Below, piece after piece: positions 11,101-18,417 of a DNA stretch of 64,000 nucleotides. Origin of the DNA: Candidatus Nomurabacteria bacterium (GTDB lineage: Bacteria; Patescibacteriota; Minisyncoccia; Phycocordibacterales; SBAW01); contig CALQYT010000003.1 of assembly GCA_943348815.1 (NCBI GenBank), positions 4,679-68,678 on the forward strand, in the 5' to 3' direction. A program made the position numbers and the translations under genes. A model generated the notes under the pieces. That model was not told the origin of the DNA. It was given only the letters and a program-made list of their open reading frames with translations, and made no database searches. The stretch's first letter is position 1. Each line of letters starts with the position of its first letter.

Positions 11101-12270
11101 TTCATTACCCTTCTGTACCAAATCGTCTACTTCAGCCAAGGCCAAAAAGCCATCCTTAAATAAAACGTACCGCTGCTCAAGCGTCATCCCTGGCGGCTGA
11201 TTGCGTGCTATTATCACGAGCGACGTTTCCAGCCGCTGCGCAAGCTCGCCGGCCGATTTGGTTTCGTACCGGGTCTTTTCCATCTCTTCCCGCCGCTTTT
11301 GACCTGGCTCGATTTTTTTACCCATTGCCATTTCACGACTATGCAACGAACGGTCTTTCTCCATCCTTCGACTCTCACGCACCGCCGCGATACCACCCGC
11401 TACAAGCGCGGTTAAACCTAAACTTGCCCAAGCGGCGCCCCGACTGGTCAGCGCCTTGGCTCCAAAAACGCCTACACTCGCTGCCATGCCGAGTCCTGCC
11501 GCAACGGTCGCTTCGTTTACAAGTAGAAATTTGCCTACTTTGCTGGATTGTATTCTGTCCACAAGACCGTCAACGCGCTTGAGCTCTTGGTCGGTCCTCA
11601 CATTGCTGCGCGCACGGCCCGCAACCACTTCAAACTCCAGATCAAGCAGTTCTGCACCAGTGCCGTGTGCTACCTGTGCTTGCACCTGCCACACCACCTC
11701 CTCGAGATTGTCGGCAAAGAGCCGATTGCGCTCACCTGCTTTTTCATCCAACACCTCGCCCTTAGCTGCGGCTACCGACTCGATAATAGCTTTACGCTCT
11801 ATCGCAAACGCTTCGCGCACCTGTGGATCACGCATATCTTTGAGTGCATACTCCTGCACCATCTCTAGGATTTTCTTTTTTATTTCTTTCTCTGCAGGAG
11901 TATCTTCGAGCACGGCGCGTTTTTCGCCCGCATCTTTATGCACCGCATATTGTGCATACTCACTGGTAAACTGCTTAACCACGGCACGGATAGATGACTC
12001 TACCGCCTCGCGCTCAGGCCCGTCGGCAACGGTCTCCCGTAGGCGCTCCAGCTCGTGAATTTCTTTTTGAGCTTTCGTTATTTCCTTTTGGCGATAGTAA
12101 TCGTATGCATAGTTGTGCTGCCAGAGCTTTTTCAAGAAACCTTTGAACCCTTTTAATTGATCCGCATTTTCAGTAAGACGCGCCTCGGCAGTGTCGCGCG
12201 CGTTCTCTTTAACACTATGCGTGCGCTCGACTATGGCAATCTTAATTTTTTGCTTGCGTGGTGCTTCCAT
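8122..12270 (-). CDS. 1382-aa protein: N-terminal helical region with hydrophobic segments, C-terminal glycosyltransferase family 9 (heptosyltransferase-like) domain
   Basis: C-terminal GPVGDSVVTMPVIMAL, AGVQPKEYAPERW, VVTPDTGLGHFAAALGTP match GT9 GT-B motifs; Gly/Ala-rich hydrophobic helices near aa 255-297 and 474-495. Confidence 0.8.
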   Translation of the reverse strand: MEAPRKQKIKIAIVERTHSVKENARDTAEARLTENADQLKGFKGFLKKLWQHNYAYDYYRQKEITKAQKEIHELERLRETVADGPEREAVESSIRAVVKQFTSEYAQYAVHKDAGEKRAVLEDTPAEKEIKKKILEMVQEYALKDMRDPQVREAFAIERKAIIESVAAAKGEVLDEKAGERNRLFADNLEEVVWQVQAQVAHGTGAELLDLEFEVVAGRARSNVRTDQELKRVDGLVDRIQSSKVGKFLLVNEATVAAGLGMAASVGVFGAKALTSRGAAWASLGLTALVAGGIAAVRESRRMEKDRSLHSREMAMGKKIEPGQKRREEMEKTRYETKSAGELAQRLETSLVIIARNQPPGMTLEQRYVLFKDGFLALAEVDDLVQKGNEEKKDYIHFSNPQNIVKERCELDVLRAQLRAAIHGTLSTDSELHSYVTSSTVNAELVAQRALVRGERETERERKDALFSQIKDRKVFKAATVGALVGLGVGLVAQETMAFFNKNQMGLIERLTQGKPVNPPDSVTALEWVRMKASHLINGEPSYMLMGGPVMDQIGSNHIRMPDGFSLTKVADTVTLIRNGEVVVSGLTTDRDGNFTDAAKDLLKKHDIALTGGPHTAINYIDTTVTEPGKRVAVRTPMSVGEAVQDYAERGDTKTIKRELWYDNNTPKPVFDKNELRLWYGGPNNTGVNAAGDYVYTVRGMRPDGSFHGPHSANAQELMRTGKLSLLLSVSKGTQNQVFEVAIDRNGQAIIPRDSEVARLLFETDAKGRAVFKGAFAEVAQTMRVREDATGVRILATQVGEDRPSVPDKVTYRTEDAITRRVTREETIRWWDTTINVPADPEVDPPPFIPFIPRTPLERLRNPDPLRTPVHGPSPEEPGHFAGGYGYERGSGGMKNDYTDLEKVYRNTQNSQRMKELVERLKYEKDLRVKYRSVLNRLKELEDFENLPARAQQVFEGERLQHNKRYNTDYSLSRFVDMQLDRTYRQIENIFIEESKVGGKPFAEEFYKTSPLRKGLERADEVILMLDGPVGDSVVTMPVIMALDHYFKQNGTTKQITVVSQHNKALFGALETQYPGLRVVNLAEVKALVQGAPNRERFVINADKTYKDYAALGVAPRRAGDPGYVMSVDWNSWLMEEAPREGKLTKRYDMIPQRVMRNLELMTGQKLFEDIKKVESFIGKRADHTEQVERLRTKYDIQPNEKVITISAGAGVQPKEYAPERWEELLTKIFAEHADAHVLFLEDPSAERRGRYASLMERLKTRFGRRFSVGKENAEFINPILAMSKVVVTPDTGLGHFAAALGTPNVMLILGDPIQWSEPKTIRVTHAKAFENYRKRTGTYALLWDQKWKSGYYIEENGEKIGASSIPPERIYKRINQVLSKP

Positions 12271-12282
12271 TGCGGGTGCGCC

Positions 12283-12585
12283 TTAGGCGGACAAATACAA
12301 AGATTTAAACTCCACCAACTCTTTGGCAATGACTTCGTCGGCATGGGGCACATGGCGCGCGACAAATGCCTGCACTGCGGTGTCGCTCCCCGCGTCGAGT
12401 ATCTTTTCAAAATTAACCACTTCCTCCGGCGGCATTGCCGCAAGCATGGCGATGTTGATCCGTCGCTCCACCCGCTCAAGCAGGTCTTGCTTCATTTGAT
12501 CCTGTACCTCTTGCGGCAGGGCATCCGCACCTTTTTCGAATAAAATTCCCTCTATAAAAGAGCCCAATGCGTCTGAAGTCTCCAT
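12283..12585 (-). CDS. Small acidic helical protein (resembles CPR DUF5663 family)
   Basis: LPQEVQDQMKQDLLERVERRI...EEVVNFEKIL...FVARHVP pattern; TATACT 7 nt before ATG 12585; 12 nt upstream of the 1382-aa gene. Confidence 0.7.
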   Translation of the reverse strand: METSDALGSFIEGILFEKGADALPQEVQDQMKQDLLERVERRINIAMLAAMPPEEVVNFEKILDAGSDTAVQAFVARHVPHADEVIAKELVEFKSLYLSA

Positions 12586-12600
12586 ACCCCTTAGTATATA

Positions 12601-12633
12601 GCAAAAAACACCCCCGGCTGGAGGTGTTTTTGC
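12601..12633. terminator. Bidirectional-type intrinsic terminator
   Basis: GCAAAAAACACCCCC-GGCT-GGAGGTGTTTTTGC hairpin flanked by A/T runs. Confidence 0.7.
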
Positions 12634-12658
12634 TGGGTACTTACCCAAGAAAATTAGT

Positions 12659-13486
12659 TTATTTCGCGCGAGAGATCTGCGACGCGATGAACGGGTCGAT
12701 ACCAGCGTACTTAGAAGGAGTGCTGGTAGCAGCCTGACGAACCGGAGCGTGGGTTACCGTTGCACGAGTCGGCGTCGAGCCAACCATCCAAGCAACGATT
12801 TTGTTTTGAATTTTCTTAACCGCTACAAGATATGCCGCGATCAAGCACCAGAGGACGAGGAAGCCCCAGTAGGCTGCCGTGCCCCACGTACCCAAGTCGA
12901 GACCCGTGTACGGAGCGGCTGCCAAAGAGACATACGGCTGCGCGCGGTAAACCGTCGGCTGTTGGTAGACCGGGTACTGTGCAGGATATTGATACTGTTG
13001 AGTGTAGATCGGCTGTTGCGGAGCATAGACCGGCTGTGATACCGGAACATACACCGGGTAAGAGCCGCCGTTGCTGCCACCGCCGGCGATAGTAACCGTC
13101 GTCGGAGCGTTGAAGATCGAGTGATCGTCGACGTTGCAGGAGTTGACTGCCGTACAGGTACTCACTTGAGTGAGCGTGTTGGTATTGGTGTTGACGTTGG
13201 TATTAGACGGCATGCCGCTAAAACCACCGAAGCCGCTGGTGAAGCCGCCGCCGCCAAAAAAGCCCGGCGAGCTGAAGCCACCCATACCACCGCCAAAACC
13301 GCCCATACCGAGATCGCCGCCGCCGATGTCACCGCCCATGGGGATCCACGAGTCGATAGTTTCACCACCGCCAGGGATAACCGGGAGGTCTGCTGCATAC
13401 GCCGGCAGTGCAAGCACAAAGAGCGCCGCAATAGCAAAAGCTGCCACAAGCGAGATTCCAAAAGTTTTCTTAGTAATTGTATTCAT
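12659..13486 (-). CDS. Secreted low-complexity surface protein with xPYTG motif + TM (candidate sortase substrate)
   Basis: Signal peptide (..ALPAYA), Gly/Met/Phe-rich then Tyr/Pro/Gln-rich tracts, VSLAAAPYTG followed by a hydrophobic helix and KK. Confidence 0.75.
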   Translation of the reverse strand: MNTITKKTFGISLVAAFAIAALFVLALPAYAADLPVIPGGGETIDSWIPMGGDIGGGDLGMGGFGGGMGGFSSPGFFGGGGFTSGFGGFSGMPSNTNVNTNTNTLTQVSTCTAVNSCNVDDHSIFNAPTTVTIAGGGSNGGSYPVYVPVSQPVYAPQQPIYTQQYQYPAQYPVYQQPTVYRAQPYVSLAAAPYTGLDLGTWGTAAYWGFLVLWCLIAAYLVAVKKIQNKIVAWMVGSTPTRATVTHAPVRQAATSTPSKYAGIDPFIASQISRAK

Positions 13487-13623
13487 AAATTGTTTGCTTA
13501 CCGTCTCGCCTGTAATAATGGCTTAACAGCACTATTATATCAGAACCTTATAATTTGTCAATACCCACGCTCCGAGCTCAATTTTTAGTTAGATTAAGCT
13601 CAGAGAATGAAATTAACGAGCCC

Positions 13624-13655
13624 CGGCGACCACGATTCCTAAATCGTGGTCGCCG
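13624..13655. terminator. Perfect 14-bp hairpin downstream of gene 13672-14385
   Basis: CGGCGACCACGATT-CCTA-AATCGTGGTCGCCG. Confidence 0.55.
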
Positions 13656-13671
13656 AAAGCTTTGGCAGGGC

Positions 13672-14385
13672 CTACAGGCCCAACCGATTGATCGTCCCAT
13701 CCGGGCAAGAATGCCGGATAAGGATCATCCGCGTCTGCGGATCAGGGACTTGGATAGTCTTGCATCCCTTGATCTGTGCGATGCCGCCACGGGCGGTATG
13801 CTTTGTCGTCTTTGCGGCGCCGAGGACTTGCACCACCCGGGCCGGCATCGCAGCCTCGTTTACCTTTCCCTTGCGGGGACTGGCAGTCCGAGTGGCTGGC
13901 GGCGTGACCGGTTGTGCATCAGCGTCGGGATCAGCCTGCGGAGGTGGCGGCACTTGCGGCGCCGCGACCTTAGCCTTTTGTTCGAGAGCCTGAGCCTTCT
14001 TGATGAAGGCGGGCCATTCACCCTTGCAGTTGGCGAACAGCTTTTCAGCCTCGGCCTGGGAATAGCTGTCCAGGACTTCGCGGAAGATTTCGGCGTCGAT
14101 GGTGCCCCACTGAACCTGGCCGCTGCACTGGCCATTCAGCAGGTTAAGCCTGGCGGCCGGTTTGAGCGAGTCCCAGTTTTTGAGTGCGGCAGCCATTGCA
14201 GGATTAGTCACCGTCGGAGGTGCCTTCTGCTGCGGACCGGCGATAGGCGCCGGCGGAGGCGTCGTGTTGGTAGTCGTAAACGCCGTCTTCATCCACGGAG
14301 GCACTCCATCGCTGAAGGCCCAAAATGAGATGCTGACGATCGCAACAGCTCCTGCTGCGAGCAGGTAGCGTTTGTTGACAGGCAT
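13672..14385 (-). CDS. Hypothetical membrane-anchored/secreted Pro/Ala-rich protein
   Basis: N-terminal hydrophobic segment, AGGT SD-like upstream, two Cys pairs. Confidence 0.65.
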   Translation of the reverse strand: MPVNKRYLLAAGAVAIVSISFWAFSDGVPPWMKTAFTTTNTTPPPAPIAGPQQKAPPTVTNPAMAAALKNWDSLKPAARLNLLNGQCSGQVQWGTIDAEIFREVLDSYSQAEAEKLFANCKGEWPAFIKKAQALEQKAKVAAPQVPPPPQADPDADAQPVTPPATRTASPRKGKVNEAAMPARVVQVLGAAKTTKHTARGGIAQIKGCKTIQVPDPQTRMILIRHSCPDGTINRLGL

Positions 14386-14527
14386 GGCGAGTCACCTTTC
14401 AGGTTTGCGCCGCGTGATGCGGCATGAGAGTTAGAGGAACGTCTGCCTTCGGGACTCTTACGAGCCATTTCCGAAGGTATAGTTGGTCGCAAAATTCTGC
14501 GCGCAACTATACCCTCACAAAAAACTT

Positions 14528-15145
14528 TTATGAATTACTCACCGACGACTGATACGCACCGACAAAGTCGGCCGTGACGATGTAGCGTTGAGACTTCGTG
14601 CCAAAGGAGTCGCACGTAACCAAGGTGAGGAACTTGCCCGTTGCAGGGAGTTCTACCACATCTTCGGTGGCATTGGCAAGCCTTACGCTAGTGACGCGGT
14701 AGCGATACTCCAAAGTACCCGAGTAGACGCTCACCACGTCCCCTGTTTTGAGATTTTGGATACCGTTGAAGGCTTTGAAGTTTTGGTTGTGGACAATAGG
14801 CAGGTAAGATGAGTGGCCAAATAACAGCACCGTGCCATCAACGCCCAGCTGCGCCGAGGTCGGATAGCGTACCGCGCCCTTAAGCAAGTCTTCGTCGAGC
14901 GCCTCGACATCGGTCGAGTCGGGGTTGGCGACGCTTACATCCAAACCAACTTTGGCTGCGACAACGCGCACCGGCAACTCGGCTACAAAGTTTTGAGTAT
15001 TAGTAACTTCGACACTCGTGTCGACAGGGGTGGAAGCGTGGTTGGAGATGGGGTCGGGCAGCAAGTCGAGCGCGCCAAATACGGCAAAAGCGAGCACAAA
15101 AAGTGCCACAAAGGTTACTGCAAAGCTCCAATACGTCTTTGCCAT
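14528..15145 (-). CDS. Sortase
   Basis: N-terminal TM, LLFGHSS (catalytic His), LTLVTC (catalytic Cys), downstream Arg (SQRYIV). Confidence 0.92.
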   Translation of the reverse strand: MAKTYWSFAVTFVALFVLAFAVFGALDLLPDPISNHASTPVDTSVEVTNTQNFVAELPVRVVAAKVGLDVSVANPDSTDVEALDEDLLKGAVRYPTSAQLGVDGTVLLFGHSSYLPIVHNQNFKAFNGIQNLKTGDVVSVYSGTLEYRYRVTSVRLANATEDVVELPATGKFLTLVTCDSFGTKSQRYIVTADFVGAYQSSVSNS

Positions 15146-15154
15146 GGTCGCTCT

Positions 15155-15213
15155 AGAGTACCACAGATTTAGTAGAGGGTCAACTTGCACACTTGACAAG
15201 TAATTGGTAGTAT
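15155..15213. promoter_or_regulatory. Divergent sigma70-type promoters for sortase and CARDB-domain gene
   Basis: Minus: TTGACC-17-TACTCT; plus: TTGCAC-17-TAGTAT. Confidence 0.55.
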
Positions 15214-15241
15214 GCTACCCTCATCAGGTAAAACTTTATAT

Positions 15242-16327
15242 ATGACTATTAAGCATACTTTTAAAGAAAACGTGCTCCGGGTTGTTGCCGTTATAGGCCT
15301 TATTGCCGTGCTCTTGCTGGGTGCGTGGGGTATTATCCAGCTCGCCTTTGTACTCCCGGGATTCTTTTCGGGTTCTAACTCGGGCAACACCGCTAGCGCT
15401 AAAGAGACGCTCGTAGTTTCTCTCCCCTCTGCCGTTACGTCCGAACAAGCTTTCCCTATTAGCTGGAATCATCGCGGCCAGAGCGGCACGTACTCGTACG
15501 CTATTTCTTACTCGTGTACCGACGGTGTCTCGATGAAGACGCTCGTTCCGACCGGTGCTTGGCAAACGGTTGCGTGCAACACGCCGTTTAATTACACCAA
15601 CGCGTCTACGACGACGGGGCTGGTGCCGATTCTCACGGGCACTAAAAATGTTCCGGTCACTATTACCGTGGCGGCAACTAAACTTGCAACCGGCGCCGTA
15701 ACGGCAACCGGCAGCGGCACTACGATGGTGGGCGGTGCACAAAAAGTTACGGCACAAAAAACGGTTACGGCTAAAACTTCGAGCTCGAGCACCAAATATG
15801 TGCCGGCTGCTCGCACGACTAATCTTTACGGCTATGCCGACCTCGCGGTCTCGGTCGTAAGCGCTCCGAGCGCCGTGCCTGCTGGCTCGCGCACGTCGAT
15901 CCAGTTTGTGGTCCAAAATATTGGCACCAACGTTGCTCCGGCTGGTTGGACGCTCAACACGACGCTTCCGTACACTCCTGTTTACACGTATGACGCCGGC
16001 CCGCAGCGCGCGCTTTACCCTGGCGACAAAGTGGTCTATACGCTGACGTTTGATGCGCCGTACAACTACAACAATAATTACAATCCGTGCACCGGTTGGA
16101 GCTTCCCTTGCACACAACCGACGCCGGTTAATGGTGGCCCGGGTACGTGCAACCAGTATGGTCCGTGCAACGTCCCCGGCTATCCTGCCAACAACTACGC
16201 TTACACCTACCCAACGCCCAACTATGGCGGCACCTCGGTCATCACGATCCAGGTCGACCCGTACAACGCGCTTTGGGAAATGAGCGAGGTTAACAACACC
16301 GCCACGATCCCTCTCCAGGTTTACTAA
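15242..16327 (+). CDS. Membrane-anchored Thr/Ser-rich surface protein with CARDB-like Ig domain
   Basis: N-terminal TM; ADLAVS..FVVQNIGT...IQVDPYNALWEMSEVNN is the CARDB pattern. Confidence 0.8.
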   Translation: MTIKHTFKENVLRVVAVIGLIAVLLLGAWGIIQLAFVLPGFFSGSNSGNTASAKETLVVSLPSAVTSEQAFPISWNHRGQSGTYSYAISYSCTDGVSMKTLVPTGAWQTVACNTPFNYTNASTTTGLVPILTGTKNVPVTITVAATKLATGAVTATGSGTTMVGGAQKVTAQKTVTAKTSSSSTKYVPAARTTNLYGYADLAVSVVSAPSAVPAGSRTSIQFVVQNIGTNVAPAGWTLNTTLPYTPVYTYDAGPQRALYPGDKVVYTLTFDAPYNYNNNYNPCTGWSFPCTQPTPVNGGPGTCNQYGPCNVPGYPANNYAYTYPTPNYGGTSVITIQVDPYNALWEMSEVNNTATIPLQVY

Positions 16328-16329
16328 AT

Positions 16330-16348
16330 CGGAAGGTTAAACCTTCCG
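16330..16348. repeat. REP-like palindrome variant
   Basis: CGGAAGGTTAAACCTTCCG, same AAGGTTnnACCTT core as the RAYT-associated repeats, 2 nt after a stop codon. Confidence 0.6.
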
Positions 16349-16380
16349 ACAAAACCCCGCTCATTTGAGCGGGGTTTTGT
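16349..16380. terminator. Intrinsic terminator
   Basis: ACAAAACCCCGCTCA-TT-TGAGCGGGGTTTTGT. Confidence 0.8.
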
Positions 16381-16448
16381 TTGACATTTTATAAAAAAAT
16401 TGGTATTACTGTCGCGAACGCTCTGCAAACAAAACGGGAGAGACCGCC

Positions 16449-17249
16449 ATGGATAGATATGGCAAAGGTCGGTGCCCGTCTTGTAGGGAACCGATCCAGT
16501 GGGACATGAACAGTCCCCAAAATCACTACTGCCAGAATTGTGGCAAGAGTTTTGTTGTTCAAGAAAAGAAGCCGCCTTCTCCTCCCCCACCCCATGACCC
16601 TGTAGCAAACTCGCTCCAAATGGCCAGACGGTGGGTGGATCGATATGAAAGTGGTACCAAAAAACCACCGGAAAGGTCGGTGCAACGCCGCTATAAACTT
16701 AGACGCGTTGGCCAAGGCTGGTTAACAGAATACCCGAAGCCAGTGGAGGTAAATCGTCATCTGGCTTTGCTTGATGACAACATCGATCTGTTGTACTGGA
16801 TCGCGACGCGCGAACGGCTGTACGGTGTCCACTACAATCAGTTTCAAGTTGGATCCGCAATCCTGGCCTACAATCCAAATAATCCGGGGAGACCGTATCG
16901 CATCTTTAGCGGGATGAACTCCAAGGTTGTCAGTAATGGACGACCCACCTGTGCCGAGGTTGTGGCGACTGCTGAACTTTGGAAACATGGTTACACCCAG
17001 GTGATCGCCATCATGGTGGTAGGGCTTCTGCGAGACGAGGACAAGGGGGTGCTCAAGACATTACATCCTTGCGACTCGTGCCAACTGTTCTGCGCCCATC
17101 ATCCTGCATACCGCCCATGGAGCCGGATCATCACCGCTTATCCTCCGAGCCAAGAAGATGAGCAAACCGGCGTCTATTCGGGTGTTTACGAAGTGCATTC
17201 ACTACAGATGATGTTGCGAGTGCACAACCAACCCTTCAGCTGCACCTAA
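16449..17249 (+). CDS. Zn-ribbon + cytidine-deaminase-fold protein
   Basis: N-term CPSC..CQNCG; C-term FQVGSAIL..IFSGMN..CAE..PCDSC deaminase motifs. Confidence 0.8.
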   Translation: MDRYGKGRCPSCREPIQWDMNSPQNHYCQNCGKSFVVQEKKPPSPPPPHDPVANSLQMARRWVDRYESGTKKPPERSVQRRYKLRRVGQGWLTEYPKPVEVNRHLALLDDNIDLLYWIATRERLYGVHYNQFQVGSAILAYNPNNPGRPYRIFSGMNSKVVSNGRPTCAEVVATAELWKHGYTQVIAIMVVGLLRDEDKGVLKTLHPCDSCQLFCAHHPAYRPWSRIITAYPPSQEDEQTGVYSGVYEVHSLQMMLRVHNQPFSCT

Positions 17250-17266
17250 CCCGTGCAGCTGTTTTT
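17237..17266 (+). terminator. Intrinsic terminator
   Basis: CAGCTGCAC-N7-GTGCAGCTG-TTTTT. Confidence 0.65.
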
Positions 17267-17915
17267 AATTTAAAAACAAAGAGGGTTCGATTGCCTTCAG
17301 CGCGTCGGCGTACTCGATTAGTGCGGGGGGAATTTTGCTTTTTAATTCGGCTTCCCGCTCGAGATTCACCTTTGCGGCACCCGCACCGGGCAGCTCGGCA
17401 CGCAGCGCATTCCAGAGTTCTTGGTCGCCATGGTAGGAAAGTTCTGTTTTGTCTTTCTCATAGGCATCCGGTTGCAGCGTCGGATTGACCCCCGCCCAAA
17501 GCGCAAACCCTGCCAGCAATGGTCGAAAATTTTTCTGAGCTTTGATTGCTTCTTTAACCGAATTATATTGTGCTTCAACTTCATCCGCTATTTTTATGAG
17601 TTCTTCTTCAGCGGCAGGCCCTTTTGCTACAGCATCCCTCTCCCATACCTCAAACGCCTTCTGCACCCGCTCGGGCAACTCCTCTGCTTCTCTTTCGGCA
17701 GGAGTCAGACTATCAATGACCGGCTGCAGTGACGCCGGCACAGGCGGGAGTGGGAATGGTGGTTTTTCTTCTAAATAAAAATACGGATCAAGGTCTGCGT
17801 ACTGTAGTTTTTCTGCAAAAATTTTTGCCAGCGGCAGGAGTGCCCGCAACCGCACCGTGTATCGATCGGCTAAACCATCTAGCGTACTCCCGGGTCCTCC
17901 TTCGGCCGATACCAT
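17265..17915 (-). CDS. Hypothetical protein
   Basis: Long ORF with protein-like composition; TATAAT 6 nt before ATG 17915. Confidence 0.65.
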   Translation of the reverse strand: MVSAEGGPGSTLDGLADRYTVRLRALLPLAKIFAEKLQYADLDPYFYLEEKPPFPLPPVPASLQPVIDSLTPAEREAEELPERVQKAFEVWERDAVAKGPAAEEELIKIADEVEAQYNSVKEAIKAQKNFRPLLAGFALWAGVNPTLQPDAYEKDKTELSYHGDQELWNALRAELPGAGAAKVNLEREAELKSKIPPALIEYADALKAIEPSLFLN

Positions 17916-17937
17916 GGGCACATTATACAGGGCACCC

Positions 17938-17958
17938 AAGCAAGGTTCGACCTTGCTT
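17938..17958. repeat. REP palindrome (distal copy)
   Basis: AAGCAAGGTTCGACCTTGCTT; core CAAGGTTCGACCTTG identical to copies at 38.8-39.4 kb; overlaps the NUDIX stop. Confidence 0.85.
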
Positions 17959-18415
17959 ACAACACTGCTTTTTCAAACGCCTCGATAATCGGCAGGAGAT
18001 ATTTGGAGATTCTTTCTTTGGCAGCGGGAATAGCAAAAAACTCGCCACGATCACACTCGGGTATCTCAATCTTTTTACCCGAGCGCGGCGGCCACTCGAT
18101 CACAATTTTATTGCTCACGAGCTTAGTCGTATCGCAATCACCCTCAAACATCCACGCCTCAACGGTTTTGCCTGTTCGCTGCGCAGAGCCCACATAGATA
18201 AAATTTCCTTCAGGTTTAAGCCCTGTCTCTTCTTCAAACTCGCGCTTGGCAACATCAATAAGTTGCTCCCCTTCTTTAGACTCACCTTTGGGGAAGCTCC
18301 AACACGCAAAATCTTTTTTAGCCCAAAAAGGGCCGCCCGGATGTACGAGCAACACCTCAACAACGCCGTCGGTGCGGCGATACATCAGCAGCCCGGCGCT
18401 CAGCACCTGCGCCAT
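17957..18415 (-). CDS. NUDIX hydrolase (COG4119-like)
   Basis: SAGLLMYR, LLVHPGGPFW, WSFPKGE..E..AKREFEEETG, EWPPRSGK..PECDRGEFF. Confidence 0.92.
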   Translation of the reverse strand: MAQVLSAGLLMYRRTDGVVEVLLVHPGGPFWAKKDFACWSFPKGESKEGEQLIDVAKREFEEETGLKPEGNFIYVGSAQRTGKTVEAWMFEGDCDTTKLVSNKIVIEWPPRSGKKIEIPECDRGEFFAIPAAKERISKYLLPIIEAFEKAVL

Positions 18416-18417
18416 AC

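Noticed and set aside
13555-14328. 257-aa plus-strand ORF
   Set aside because: Arg-rich antisense of 13672-14385, which has the SD, TM and terminator.
15236-16117. 293-aa minus-strand ORF
   Set aside because: Antisense shadow of the CARDB-domain gene.
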